From the NCBI GenBank assembly GCA_951406725.2, contig OX597816.1, positions 57,288,001 to 57,352,000 on the forward strand: a stretch of 64,000 bases of DNA. Direction: 5' to 3'. Source of the stretch: Octopus vulgaris. Lineage: Eukaryota. Positions 48,584 to 62,909 of the stretch are shown piece by piece. Position 1 is the stretch's first letter; each line of letters starts with the position of its first letter. The position numbers were made by a program, and so were the translations under genes. A model generated the notes under the pieces. That model was not told where the DNA came from and made no database searches. It saw only the letters and a list, made by a program, of their open reading frames with translations.

Positions 48584-50327
48584 GAATTCTTCGCAGAATT
48601 CTCATCAGTCATTATCAAAGTGATGCAGGTTTTTTTTTTTTTTCAAGTCAACACAAATCCAGAGATTTGTAAATATTAGAGACAGTGCATGTGTGTGTGT
48701 GTGTGCATATATATTCATGTAGATGTGTGTGTGTGTGTACCTGCACTTATGTAACAGGTGTGCATTAATGCAATCACATGTCATATGTGTGTATGGCATA
48801 TGATTGTGTGCGTAAATTTTCATTCCAGGCCCCTAAAATAGAGAATCCCTGGAATGTTTTACACATCCTCCTCCCTGAACTCACTAATCGTTTGGCTCTG
48901 CGGGATTTCTGTCAGTTTACTTTGATCTTTCATGAAAAGCATCTCGAAGCCTTTGATGCAACCGCGGTGGTGGCAGCAACTGTGACTCTCTGGTCCCCTG
49001 CATCGATGTGCCACCTGCATAGGTGCTGTAGGATTTATCTTCATTGATCACCAATGAACAAAGCACCATAACTTTAGGCATCTCTTTCTTTTCTCATCTT
49101 TTTTTATTTGTTAATTTTTCGGTAGTTGCTACGCCATCACCAAATTAACGTATAAACCATCATCTTGTATTCCTTTCTCTCTCTCTCTCTCTCTTTTCCT
49201 TTCTCTCCCTCCTCACGTCTCTTTCATTTTGCATGCCTTGCTCTATACGTATGTGAGCGAACATGTATTCATTCACTTGTATGTGTGTGTGTTTGTGTAC
49301 GTCCCCGTAAACTAGCGATTCAGCAAAAGACACCGATAGAATAAGTACCAGGCTTGTGGGGGTCGATTCATTCCACTAAAAATTGTTCAAGGCAGTGCCC
49401 CAGCACGGCCGCAGTCTAATGGCTGAAACAAATAACAAATAAGATACACACACATACACACACCTATACACAAACTTATGCGTGTGTACTTTTGGTTGAT
49501 TTTTTTTTCTGTGTGTATGTGTGTGAGAGAGTAAGATTGTGCGCCTGGATGTCTTTCTACATTCAGGTATTTGACTGTACGTCCTCGTCTCTGTGTGTGT
49601 GTGTGTGTGCGTGTGCGTGTGCGCGCGTGTACATTTGTCTGAGAGAGCCGCTTATCTGTTTGTGCGGGTCATACCAATAACATTATCTTTAGATTCCAAT
49701 TATAGCAAGAGACTATTATAAAATAACTAATGCTGTCAGGAAACTAAAATAAGGAGCCGCATGTCGACATTCAGAACAACAGCTAAACGCCGCCCCTCTC
49801 CACCACCACCACCACCACCACCGCTGCCGCCACCTCCCAAACACATTCCTCTTAACGTAAAAATAATCCCCACCCCTCCACCCATACACATGCCCTCTTT
49901 ATATCGACAGGGTTTCTACATAACGCTTTCTCCTCCTTTTCTTCGCCCCCCCACCACAATACAATTCTATTGAACCAGATATAAATACTCGGCCAAAGAA
50001 TGGTCGCTCACTTCAGTGAATCAACATGTGCTACTGTGAATTCAAACCGTTTCCTTGGCATCGTTTCTTTCCCCGTCATTCCTGCTCTCCTTCTCCAATT
50101 CCTCGCCGTCACCTCCCTGTTCTTGCTCTCCCTCCTTAAACTATACCTCCTACCTCTACTCCCTCGTCTCCCCTTAAACTGCCACCCCACTTTCACTTTC
50201 ATCAAGTACTTTTATATAGGTGCGTGCATACTCACATATTTCCATGTTTTCCGAGGCATCTATTTATCTGGCAACGTGTATACATTTGTTTGTGTGTATG
50301 TGTGTGTGTGTGTGTGTGTAATAGTTT

Positions 50328-50563
50328 ATTTTTTATTGCCCACGGGGCGGGAGTGCTAAAACACAGAGGAGACAAACAAGAACAGACAAAGAAATTAAGT
50401 CGATTACATCGACCCCCCAATGAGTAACTAGTACTTAATTAATTGACCCCGAAGGATGAAAGGCAAAGTCGACCTCGGCGGAATTTGAACTCAGAACGTA
50501 GCGGCAGACGAAATACCGCTAAGCATTTCGCCCGGCGTGCTAACGATTCTGCAAGCTCGCCCT
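50328..50563 (-). mobile_element. SINE family B
   Basis: Full monomer on the minus strand. Confidence 0.88.
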
Positions 50564-50605
50564 TGTGTAAATTGCGTGTGCACATTTGTAAAGTGCGTAA
50601 ATGTA

Positions 50606-51224
50606 CAGGGTGTCCAAACAGTCTCTCCGCAGTAAGTATTTTATAGCAAAATAAATATGTATAAGATGGTATCAGACTACAAAAGAATATATTAGACTTT
50701 ACAAGACTTTAAAAAACTTTATAAGAGCTGTTGAAAGTGTCGTCCTTCATTTTCAATACATAAAATCTAATTTCTCTTTCTCTGCCGTGTGAGCACTTCC
50801 TTGGCTGATTTCCGTTTCCTGTGACCATTTGCGTAAGGACTTTGACGGGCTTGCCAACAGTTTATCAGAAATATTGAAGACCGTTTCATCTGAAAGAACA
50901 GTAGGCCTACCGCTTCTTGCTGTGTCTTCCACCGAGCCTGTGGTTCTAAATTTTCTTATCAAATCCCACACAGTGGCTCAATGTGGAGCAACAATATTTG
51001 GAAAAGTTTCACTGAACTTCTCTTTCTGTGTATTTATTTCCAGCTCGAAACACCCATTCAACTAAAAATGTACGTTCTTCAATGGTTAGCATGTCGACAT
51101 GCTAAAGGATACCCAATGACTGAGGGACAATGGCTGACACACGGCCGACTACGCAGTGATAGCCAAGTTGCGAATGTGCAGGATAAAATAAACTTACTGC
51201 GGAGAGAATACATTGAATACATTG
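50606..51224 (-). mobile_element. Internally deleted Tc1/mariner element (DUF4817-type N-terminus)
   Basis: TA-flanked TIRs cagggtgtcc..tctctccgcagtaagt / acttactgcggagaga..attg; ORF WDLIRKFRTTGSVEDTARSGRPT..SPSKSLRK.SQE (HTH region). Confidence 0.88.
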
Positions 51225-51285
51225 TATTTGTATACATATGTCTATATAGTTCATATATGCACATGTGTATACTCTCTCTCTCGCG

Positions 51286-51410
<125 letters not shown>

Positions 51411-51693
51411 ATAGAGTCAGCCAATGACAGCAATGTTTAAAGAGCATTCAATACTTATTGCAGAGTAATAAATAAACCTTCCGATTTTATTTCTGACAAA
51501 TGGAAAGACGAAACTAGAGTTAAAATACTATTATTTAATCTATTTATATTTGTCCTGTATTGTTTGACTAAAATTCTTGAATTCTTCGCAGAATTCTCAT
51601 CAGTCATTATCAAAGTGATGCGGGTTTGTTTTTTTTTTCAAGTCAACACAAATCCTGAGATTTGTGAATATGAGAGTCAGTGCGCGTGTGTAT

Positions 51694-51822
51694 GTAAAGG
51701 CTATTTGCCAACATAATGTGGCTCCTGTTTAGCCCCAGGAAACATCGTTTCCACCTGGCTATACAACACAATATCTGTGTCCCTTCTAGGACAGCCACAT
51801 TATGTTGGCAAATAGCCTTTAC
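51694..51822. mobile_element. 129-bp element with perfect 30-bp terminal inverted repeats
   Basis: gtaaaggctatttgccaacataatgtggct (51694-51723) / agccacattatgttggcaaatagcctttac (51793-51822); tat on both flanks. Confidence 0.75.
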
Positions 51823-52256
51823 TATAAAGAACTGTTACTGAATATCTCTCTTTGAGAGATTTAGAAATAATAGCATATATGTATGTATGTACGGATATAA
51901 AAGCAGGTAAATTTACCTAGATTTCAGCAGTGCCACCGGCGCAGTCCCAAAGTTTGCACCCCTGCCTCCGCTTCCCACAACCTATTCAGTCTTATACAGC
52001 AGACCCAAACGACTTATATCCCATAAAGTCTTCGCCTAGGACGGACACCCTACCCTTCTACACCACTGGGTTAGGGTCAATTCTGAATAGCACCATCTGG
52101 TTAAGCCCCTTTAAGTCAAATTTTAATATTTTAGGTCACCGTACCTTTCTTGTATTAGGAGTTGGTGCGTACTAAAACATCTAAGGGTCGGCTGATTTTC
52201 TTTATTTCGGGGAGGAATTTGTTCAGGTATCATATAAGGTTTATAGTGTGGGTTTT

Positions 52257-52550
52257 TTTATAACCCTGCGCATGTAAGCAAAAGCAGGGTATTGTAATCA
52301 CTCATCTTTGTTTGTCTGTGTGTTTGCAAAATTACAGGAAAACGGCTGAACGGATTTTCACCAAATTTGGTAGAAATACTCATCGGGTGAGTGGCACAAA
52401 ATGATAAAACTTTCGTTTGATTATCTTCAAAACTAGCAGATGGGTGAGTGAAAATTTTTTGACTGTGCAGATTTTTGCGAAAGAATTTAAGTCCACACAA
52501 GGTATACATCATCTTGGCATATTCTCAGCACGAGAATCTATTACTAGCAC
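52257..52550 (+). mobile_element. DINE-1/Helentron-associated non-autonomous element
   Basis: T-run then ataaccctgc...gcagggtat hairpin, gtttgtctgt microsatellite, aacggctgaacggattttcaccaaatttgg core. Confidence 0.7.
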
Positions 52551-53062
52551 AAAAACATGCATTATATCTATTAAATACTATTTATATCTCACCAGATGGA
52601 GTATATTTATATTGTGTACTGTTCCATCACGGAACAGTGCACAATATATATATATATAACCACCCAGCGAACACCCACCATGGGTCATCACAATTGCTTA
52701 AGGTAAAAATGAATTCCTCGCTCTTTCGGAAACATCAATCTTCTGTATTGACTGCTTTCCACCACTTTGATCTGTTTTTTGTATTGAATACGTATCGCCA
52801 CCGTGGGCCACTGCATCGAACACTTTGAACATATAGCATGAATGAACTTACTTCAAACTATATATCAACTATACATGAACTCTAAGATGTCTGACTCCGT
52901 TGTGTATTATAAATGAATTTCTTGTGTTTGACGGCATGAGCTGTCTGTTTTTATATATAACTTTTTTTGATAAGGTTCATTTCAGGAACTGAAACATGTT
53001 ATAATGTATATATAAAAATTAAAAATTGTATAATATAGCAGCATTTTCGAACTTCATTTTTT

Positions 53063-53108
<46 letters not shown>

Positions 53109-54439
53109 ATCATTTGATTCAACCCTCGTCGTCTGCGTGTGTATAGATCATGGTGTACTTGTGCACGTGGACACGTGAAGGTACATACATACATAGATAT
53201 GCGACTCTGTGTGTGTACACTGATGGATGTGAAGGTTTCATTTATTTATGAGTTGATTTAATTTCACCAGAGTATAAATACCTATATTGGTGACATTTAA
53301 AAAAAAATTTTAATTCTTTTAAAAATCGAACTTACAAATTTCCCGGTCATATTATTATTATATCCTACAACATACTACAGCACGTTTGATTCGCCTGCCA
53401 TCACTGAAATTCTATGCAATATTTTCTATAAGTATTTCATTTTGTTCACTTTCTTTTTCATAATCATCATTATTATTTGAATAATCATTTATTTAGTCAT
53501 ATGCAAATTTTACTCATATACGTTTGGCGTAGACATCGATCAAGTCTACTTTTAGCTTTCATCTTTTAGGCTGCTAATCCTCTTTTAGTCAAACACTTAT
53601 AAAGCTTAATTCAGATAATTTAAAAAGCATGGGTAAGCAACGCATGGTAAATCACACTATAATCTTGGAGAAAATCTGCGCCTAGGGTGTGCATCGCCTA
53701 TCTGATGCCTTTTTCTTTTCATTGTTGTTGTTCTCATCCTAGGTTTGCTTCTGTCAAATAATTTGTATCAGAATGTAGTCAAGTCATACGGTGCAAGTTC
53801 GATTTATGCAGGGGCTGTTATGATACAGGGTCCGTAACCTTTCGCAATTTTTAAACTTGATTCTAAATTCATTTGGGTAACGTTGCTGACATATTTCCCA
53901 CCTTACAAAAAACGATTATAGTATTCGCAGCGGAGCTGAGGAAGGACTTCAAGTAATTTCAGACAATTCCAATAATCAAGGCTGACTTATGAAACCATTT
54001 ATTCTTCAAGAGTCTCAACTGTCTTCATATTTTGTTGTGCTGGCGAACCACAGGAGGCAACATAGAAATTTAAAGAGCAATAAGACGATAACATCTGACT
54101 CTCTGGATCGAAAAGTTATGAGAGTCTCAGAGTCTCAGAGCTCATTTCTAAACTATATGAATTGTGAAATAGGCGCTCCAGCTGAGGCCGTTGTTGACAA
54201 TTATTTTGAAGTCTGGTTCCATTGAAGGAAGAAAATATGATTGTTTTAGGCACATCTTTTCCAAACAGGACAGGCTCGTTTTTTTTCTTTCTTGGTCATC
54301 ATGCTGATTATCTTTTCTTTTATTATTTTCCTCAGAGCCAGGGATCATTTCCCTCATTTAAATATAACTTAGGGGCCAGTTTGATTCTTGATCTGGTCAC
54401 CGACTCCAACTATTAATGAAACATGGAGTCATCTAGAAT

Positions 54440-55110
54440 TGTAATTGTTTTGTTTTAATACATTTGTGATATCCTTCATCTAAATTAGGGGATAAGTATG
54501 GCGTCTTTGGGGGGATCTTGAAGGGATTCCGTCAATCGCTACATATTTGATTTGAATTGATCCCGCGATGCTGGGCTTTGTTTCTTAGAAATCCTTAATT
54601 AAGTACCATACTTTCATACAGACCCCAGTGTTGTACAGTTTTAACAATAGAGCTGTGTGGTCAACTCTATCTGATGGTTTTGATGTAGTCAAGACATATG
54701 GTTTATGTGTTTGAGCTTTCTCTACCAAATCATTTACAATATTGTACAATTTGTGATAAATAGTCTCTGCTTCATCGAAAACTATGTTGGTTAAGGTTTA
54801 GAAGACAGTTATTCTCCAGGAAATTATTTTTTCTCTTATCATATCTCCTTTTCAAATACTTTAATGATATAAGAGAAGTGGGGGGGGAGTGCGGAGTTAC
54901 TTTACGGCAAATGACTGTCTTTTCTTGAAAACTGGAATGAAAGACACGAATAGAAAATGTCCGGAAGTGTGTGTGTGGTTGGTTTTCGTTACTGTCAGGA
55001 TTCCTTCGGGAACACTGGAGGAGTTTATTGAAGTCTATTGTTGGGCTGTGTTAAATTATGTTCATTGCAGCTAAGATGTCTGTCTGCTGTGTCAGGAATT
55101 GTCAGAGATA
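54440..55110 (-). pseudogene. Highly degenerate CR1-clade reverse transcriptase relic
   Basis: Minus strand fragments in RT order: IPVFKK..IIKVFEK..LNQH.F..DRVDHTALLLKLYNTG..GIP-like. Confidence 0.6.
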
Positions 55111-55138
55111 TGTTGGCGTTTGTCTTCATTCATACTGG

Positions 55139-55173
<35 letters not shown>

Positions 55174-55338
55174 CTTTATTGATATGCTTTGTATGTGTGT
55201 GTGTTTACCTGTATTTTAATCAATGTCAACCCGGTTTTGCTTGCATGCTTTAAGTCTTGTCAATCCATAGGTGACTCTATACCTATTGTTCTACGGTTTC
55301 ATTTCATTGTCAGTATATTTGCTCAACCCTCTCTCTCT

Positions 55339-55388
<50 letters not shown>

Positions 55389-55808
55389 CTGTCTATCGGG
55401 CTCTCTCTCTATTTACCCGTCCGTCCATCCAATACCTTTCTGTCTGTCTAGTAATTTGTCTGTTTTCCTACCTGACTACTCTACACCGTCTCTCTTTTCC
55501 CTCTATATGTAACTTCCTCTTTTATCTCCACAAATAAAAACAATATATATACCTGGTATATTTCACAAAAATAATTAAAAAAAATAAAAGTCAGAAGGGC
55601 GTGCATGTAAACTTCGGTTAAACAAAAACCATTTTGTTAAACATTTTTTTTTATTTATTTAATGTTAACCGATCTTAAGAACCAAAAATGATTCTCTGTA
55701 TTCCTGTAACCATCCCAGAATAACATTTAACCTTGGCATTCCGACTTGCGTTCGTTTATTCTTTACCCATTCAGATGTGGACTCGGTGCGCGCACACACT
55801 CACACACA

Positions 55809-55876
<68 letters not shown>

Positions 55877-56224
55877 TTTTGACGACATCCACTGAAATGG
55901 TTTACTTAACAATGTCATGTGTTATTTAAGACCACAGAATTTCAAAACAACAGATGTACTGATAAAAATAGTTGATATTGTGTAGATGTTAGAGATGCAC
56001 CGGTGTCTCTGGGGTCATGAGTTCGCATAGCATCGAGGAACTTGATTCTACACACATACACACATGCGCACACACACATACACTTAACATTTATTTTGTA
56101 TTTTTCTCGAGCCCCGGGACCCATAAATTCCGGTTACGCAGAATTCATGGCGTATAAGTCATCGACATCGCACTCCCCCGCCCCCTGAACAGGACGTTGG
56201 TCCATTGCAGGGTCGAAAGCTATC

Positions 56225-56395
56225 AGTTTTGAGGGTGGGTGGGAGGACAAGTCGATTACGTCGACCACAGTACTTGACTGTTATTTTATTTTATCGATCC
56301 AGAAGGATAAAACACAAAGTTGTCCACGGCAGGATTTGAACTCAGAACGTAATGAGCCGGAAGAAATACTGCTAAATACTTTGTCCGGTGTGCCT
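56225..56395 (-). mobile_element. SINE family B, degenerate
   Basis: gtcgattacgtcgacc...ggatttgaactcagaacgt. Confidence 0.7.
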
Positions 56396-56404
56396 TATAA
56401 ATAT

Positions 56405-56708
<304 letters not shown>

Positions 56709-57996
56709 CAAACAAAGTGAGCTAAGAGAAATCATTCTGGGTGGCCGATGGCAAGTATTTGAACAACACAGACGAATACAATCATATGAAATAGTATACA
56801 GCATAAATTCTTGGTTTATGAAGATGAACTCTGCTTCTAAGAATATGTATTATGATTACCAAATGACAATGAAGACCAGATCCATATGAGAAAGGGAGGT
56901 AATCTCAAGATTCAAGAATTCCCCAAAGTTGACATCCCATTCAGGAAAAGGAGAGCCTTATTGTCTGGAGATAAGGGGATATTTGTGGACAGGAGAAACA
57001 GTCTTAGTCCAATGCTCTAACGATTGTGCAAACCTATTGCCGATATAATTTTAATCCCGGAAGTATGAAAAGTAAAGCTGACCCAAGTGAGTTCGAACTC
57101 ACAAAGCACCACAAACAAATTCTGTAAGTCATTTCATCTGGCATGCTGCCGATTCTGCTAATTCACCGCTGAACCCGTTAGAAATAACAACCAAATCTCC
57201 CTCAAGTCACACACCAGTGTTTTGAAATTCAACACATTGCATGATGCAGGGACACAAAGGTAGATATGGTCGTAGATGCCTCAGCTTGGAATATGAATTT
57301 ACTTGAGGTTCGATTGGCACTAAACAACAACAACAACGAGTAATGGCTAAAGAATTAAGTGACAACAAAAGCGATGAAAGCAAGACTAAAATTTAGGTCT
57401 TTATGCCTCGCTCCGTTCGTCTGCCAAAGTTAAACATCAAATAAATCAACGTTTATATTATGGTAAGCAAAAAAAAGTGACAACCGTGAACGAAAGAAAA
57501 TATGAATGTCGATCTAGTAGTTGTGAGGGCTGTGAGTTTTTTTAACTGTTTTCATGAAATATGAGAAGAACTTGGGCGATTTTTATTTATTTTTTTTATT
57601 CAAGATGTCTGTCAAAATGACAGACATCAACGTCCGAGAAAGAAAATGAAACAAATTTGCGAAAATAACATTAAAATATAGGGGGGAAAAAACGAAACTA
57701 AAGCATTGCTAATGAAATAAAGCTGCTGAAGACAAAACTAAAATAGAAAAAATACATAATGACGAGTAATAAATAAATAAATATATACAGCGTGTGCGCG
57801 CATATATATGCGCGCGCACGCTGTAACAACGTTCTATGTAGCAGGTTTGATAATTGTTGAGAGATTTTTCTCTGCCTGAAGCCAATGGTAGCCTCGTTAA
57901 CCCACAAATAAAGAGTGTGTGTGTGTAAGGTACAACCTGAATGTAACCCGTTTTTCCCTTCCCTGTTTTTGACGTGTGTCTGACTGTATGTATATG

Positions 57997-58043
<47 letters not shown>

Positions 58044-58773
58044 AAATATATATATGTGCGTGTGTGCGTGAAGGGTTGAACAGAAAGAACACAAGGAGAA
58101 AAAATTAGACGAAAGCAGAGCGAACGGAAAACTAGACGAAAACTTAACAGACGGAAAATTTATGCAAAAACATGATACACGGAATATTCGTCAGTTAGTG
58201 ATCCATAATATCATAGGGGTTTCGCCCCATTTACCATTGAGACCAGTCGATTTTGGAGGCCCCAGAGCATTAAGCTTCTGGGGGAAAGCTAGGGAATGTA
58301 TACAAGGGTAGAAACAAACAATACATTATATAAATACAACAAAGAATTATCATATGTAACAGAACGAAGCCGTACGGGTATACAACATATATAGGTGTGT
58401 GTAATTCACAATATGACAGCTTATCGAATATTTTAGAAAATGGTTTAAAAAATAATCCTCCTCGTGAAACTCAGTCCCAATCAAGACGAATTTTAAAATA
58501 AATCTCGCTCTACCATTGGTTAATAGATAATATCTCCCTGTGAGTAATTGTTCTTCTGTTGTGGTTCTTAAAACTACTTCAAAATAACTTTAAATGTCCA
58601 TACTGGCAGACAGACACATATGCTAACAAACATATGTACATATCTACATTTTACTATGCTCTGCTCTAGGTTATAGTAATTTTAGCCAACACCTTGTCTG
58701 CAGTATATTTTCATCACTAAAGGTAATGTATATAAATTGGTGTGTTTATGTCTGTTACATATAGTGTTTGCTA

Positions 58774-58853
<80 letters not shown>

Positions 58854-60138
58854 TCTATAACGCAATACAACATTGGTACAAAGTATGGTTAACGCACCAG
58901 TAAATCATTAATTTTTGTGTTTGTTTGTAGAAAGGTAAGGTAGGAGGATTGGCGGGAAGGGCTACAAATGTAACTACAAATTGTTATTAAGAATTCTGTA
59001 TCTCTATTGTTTGCTGTCTGGAGAAGGCAACAGCAGTTGTATAAAAACATACGCTTCACTGGTTTCTTTGATTCTCTCCACCTCTCTGTATATCAATGGC
59101 GTTCCCTACATGAATAAAGACACGTAAGGCATACGTCAGATATATAAATGAGCGCAAATAAGAATTCCGATTTTAATTTCAAGGTTTTTTTTTATTATTA
59201 TGCGAAACAGCTGGAAAGAAGGAGACGTACTGGCTACTTGTACTATCTTATTTTAATTATTTGGTGATGATGTTTTAAACTACCTGCCCAGGCCTAAGTC
59301 GCTCCTGGTAGACACACACACACACACATACTGTCTTTACTTACGTAATTATTTCAGCATCTTGCTGAAACGCGTGTATGTCCTATGAAGTTTTGAATAC
59401 CATACCTGTTTTCTGCTTGTTTTTTCTTTTTTTTTTTTTTTGTTTATACACAAACACACTTGCATCAGACTTCCCCGCAGATTCTGCCTACGAAATGTCA
59501 TTCATAAGGCATTGGCTAACCGAAGAGTACAGGAAAAGACACTTTTCCAATATGCTGAATAGCGGAATCAAACTTAAACTTTGTGGCTACGGAGCAGTAA
59601 AAAAAGGAAGGGTTGTCTACACTTTAAAGTATTGAGAGAGAGAGAGAGAGAGAGAGAAGGAGAGGGAGGGAGAGAAGAAGATGCCGGAAGATGGGTTTTC
59701 TTTAAAGTTTCACTAGGGTGTGTGATGTATGAAATGTCTGTATATTGTAATCAAAGAACATATCCTTTCAAGGAGTATAAATCAGTCATAATTATTTCCA
59801 GCTCACTTTTTAATCCTCCTTCCTGAATTAATTACAGTATATTAATTAAGCTATAAATCACTCGTGGCAGATATTAAAGTCTTTATTGAACTACAATGTC
59901 ATTTAATATAATCACAAATGCAAAAGAAATTTTGATAGCGTTGATTATTGATAACTTCAAAAATATATTGAGAACATTTGATATTCTTGACTGCCAAGAC
60001 CTATCATCTATCTTTAACAGTTGGGATAAAAGTTTCTGGTCAACAGCATCATCATATTCTTTGCAGCTGCGTCGCCGATGATGCTACGAAATTCCTTAAC
60101 ATCACTTCATACAAAACTTTATGTAAACCAAAAGTTGC

Positions 60139-60176
<38 letters not shown>

Positions 60177-60435
60177 GAAGATGTTGCATAGTATCCAATA
60201 TCGTGACGTTATAGATTAAAGATATTGTGTCTACCGGAGGTTTGTACTGTCTGTCAAGTCACCAAGGTTGTAGAATATTTCTGAAGTTTCCAGTTGTTTC
60301 TTCAGGTTGGGTGGTATTGAACCCAATGCTCCAATGACAATATGGACAACCTTTATGTTTGACTCTCGTGACATCCACATCTTGGCGATCTTAATTCTCA
60401 GGTCTCCATACTTATCAATCTTTTCTCTTCATGAT
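60177..60435 (-). mobile_element. R4/Dong-type LINE 3' fragment inserted in (TAA)n
   Basis: Minus strand EKIDKYGDLRIKIAKMW....IKVVHIVIGALGSIPPNLKKQLE (RLE domain); TAA repeats on both sides. Confidence 0.8.
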
Positions 60436-60442
60436 ATTATTA

Positions 60443-60485
60443 TTTTCTTCTTCCTCTAATTTTGTTTTCATTTCTTGCCGAAGCA
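60443..60485 (-). mobile_element. Short 3' terminus of the 29276 RLE-LINE family
   Basis: Reverse complement cggcaagaaatgaaaacaaaattagaggaagaagaa matches 29678-29712. Confidence 0.6.
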
Positions 60486-60584
60486 CTCACTGCCCTCTGC
60501 CAGTCGGCGAAAGGGTAGGTGGAAATTACTCGCAATATATATATATATAAATCTACTGGTGTGTAATATAAAGTAATATATAGA

Positions 60585-61190
60585 AACCTAGTGGTGCGTA
60601 AGAGCGATGACGTTTTCGGGGAAACTCTTGGCGTCGACGAAGATGAACTTAGCTGGTCTACTTCGGAGGAATTTCGGGCCCGGTACAATCATAGACAACT
60701 TCCAGAAATCCTTGGCCTGACAGTGCTACAAGGCAGAGCAGGCAGGGTTCCTCTGTTTAATGGCTGTGACGAAAGAGGATTGTTCGGTGGACGATGCTGA
60801 AAGGTTTGAGCAAAGACTCCTTCCTCTTCGGTCAAGCCCTCAGTGATATTTCTAAGTTCCACTTGGAAAGGAAAGTGAGGATGAAGAGGGAAGATCTACG
60901 TTTTGAAATTTTTGAAAAGATGGGTGAAAAGATGCTAAATATGCGCATGCAGATTGGAGAGCATGAGAGAGGGTTAATCCGGGTTATGTAGGGTTCCTTG
61001 GTTGACCCTAGTCGGGGTTTCTTCATCAGGACTGCATCATTTGCGTCATTACACGCTTTGTATACTTCTATCGAATTTCACAGTAATTTTTTTTCCATTT
61101 CTTTCTAGCCATTTTTTATGTATATTGTTGCCTGTCCTTGTGATGTTTCCCTCATCTATGCCCTTATAGCTGATAAAAGAAATTATTATT
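60585..61190 (+). mobile_element. Old Tx1-like LINE 3' fragment
   Basis: Homologous to 46846-47400 (GVDEDE..FGPG..DNFQKSLA.QCY; LKGL..FL.GQ.L...KFHLERKVR) with the CCHC region deleted; tail ctgtccttg..gccc..gataaaagaaat. Confidence 0.8.
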
Positions 61191-61279
61191 GTTATTGTTG
61201 TTATTTACATCCAGGTGGGCCCAGATCGAACCAACCAATGAAGGTTTCATATGGAACATGTAATTTTCAATAATATTGA

Positions 61280-62401
61280 CTAACGGGACCCGTGAATATT
61301 CCACGGAATTGATAGTAAACCTATTGGGTTGTTTCTTAAAACTTTATCCAAAAAGCCTGAAAGCGTAGCCTGTGTTGTGTCTGTATCAAAAGATAGTCGC
61401 TCGTCTGCTTTTCATTGAAAAGTGAAGGAAATTGGAATACGATGATTACATAATACACTTTATATACTTTATGCACAATTTTATGGACTTAATACACAGC
61501 ACTCATAAAATAAATATTCACTCTTATTTTTCCATTTTCCCCATAAACAGAAAAAATACATTTTAAAATTTACATGGTCACAATTTGATATCTAGAAAAC
61601 AAAAACAAGGGTAAAAATTTAATGCAACATGGCATACTCTGAAAACCACTTCGTTGGTAACTTATAAGCCAAGGCGATGGGTCAGAGACAATACACATTT
61701 CAATTTGCGTACTCCTTTCAATTCAATACTTCTTTGCAGACTATGGTCTTCGACTAAGTTCTCCCTCTTCTTTCCCCCTGCTTGTCAGTGTTGATGACTT
61801 TAACCCTCATACTACATAATTTGTGAGCCCTTGAGAATGCAACAAACACATAGCTGACTATGGCCTAATACAGGTTCAGGCAAGAACTGCCCCACTTTAT
61901 CAAATGTTTGCCCTTGTGATTTATTGGTAGTTATTGCATATGACAGGCGAACAGAAAACTGGTTTCTTTCTAAAGTGAATGGCAAGTTTGGAATGAGCAT
62001 GCGCTAAGTGATAGGTAATATAAACTTAGTTCAATTTTTTAAAAAATCACTTTTCACTATGTACTCACCATCTCCACCTCCACCATCATCATTTCTCTCT
62101 TTCTCTCCCTCCCTCTCTCTTTCTTTAATCTAACCATCAGAACATCACCCCTCTGCTAATATTATACTCCTAACTCCCTTCTGTTTTACTACCTTCAACT
62201 AATTTTTTAACACGTAATAAATATTACGTCCCCCTTCTCTCCATCTTTTCTCTCTCCCTCTTTTTCTTTCCCTCTCTTTCTGCTTCACTCTTTGCCATAT
62301 CCTCTTTTTCTCTCTCCCTCTTTCTCCCTTTTTTTCTCTAATCACGTGAAAGTGTTACCGACGGGCTAAGTAACGTAATGACAAGCAGAATTATTATAAG
62401 A
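61280..62401 (-). mobile_element. Internally deleted Helitron
   Basis: Minus strand starts TC(TTATAATAA) and ends ...GTTAG; 3' hairpin CCGTG/CACGG (61290-61306); inserted between A and T. Confidence 0.8.
61812..62000 (-). pseudogene. Helitron PIF1-like helicase C-terminal relic
   Basis: LPFTLERNQFSVRLSYAITTNKSQGQTFDKVG.FLPEPV..H.QL, matching helicase motifs V-VI. Confidence 0.9.
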
Positions 62402-62909
62402 TATTTATTTAGTGTATCCCAGAACTACATTACTCAATGGGCCACTAGTCGTTTTATATTAATGTTTTTTTGAGGAAAGTTATTTGACTGCTTTGATACC
62501 TGTACTCTGTAAGTCTTTAGCCACACACCCATCACATTTCAATGGTACTCTATTTCACTGTACTTCATTAATGTACATAGTTAGTTCATTATCCTCAATT
62601 ATTACTAATTGACCCGATCCGTTTTTGTTTAACACCAAGTCAACCCTGAACCGACAGACCTATAATCAAAGACTTTCCAGATTATGAATATTCAATCTTT
62701 TTATTCACATAAATACATCAAGAACTTCAATTTCTAGTGTCAACCGCCTTTTTTTTAATGTTAAAAGGTATGGTTTGAATTCGGGCAGATGTAGCTGCTA
62801 TATCCAGCAAATCGTGCAACCACTTATAGGCTACGCCTCTTCATTTTTAACACGAGTCAGCGTCCGTGTGTATCAATGTGATTGCTATTTTTTAATTTAA
62901 TTCTGCATC

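Noticed and set aside
48778-49047. Short ORFs in unique sequence
   Set aside because: No recognisable domain or convincing splice signals.
59345-59378. Hammerhead suggested by GAAACGCGT after a hairpin
   Set aside because: No CUGANGA-like core upstream and no stem I.
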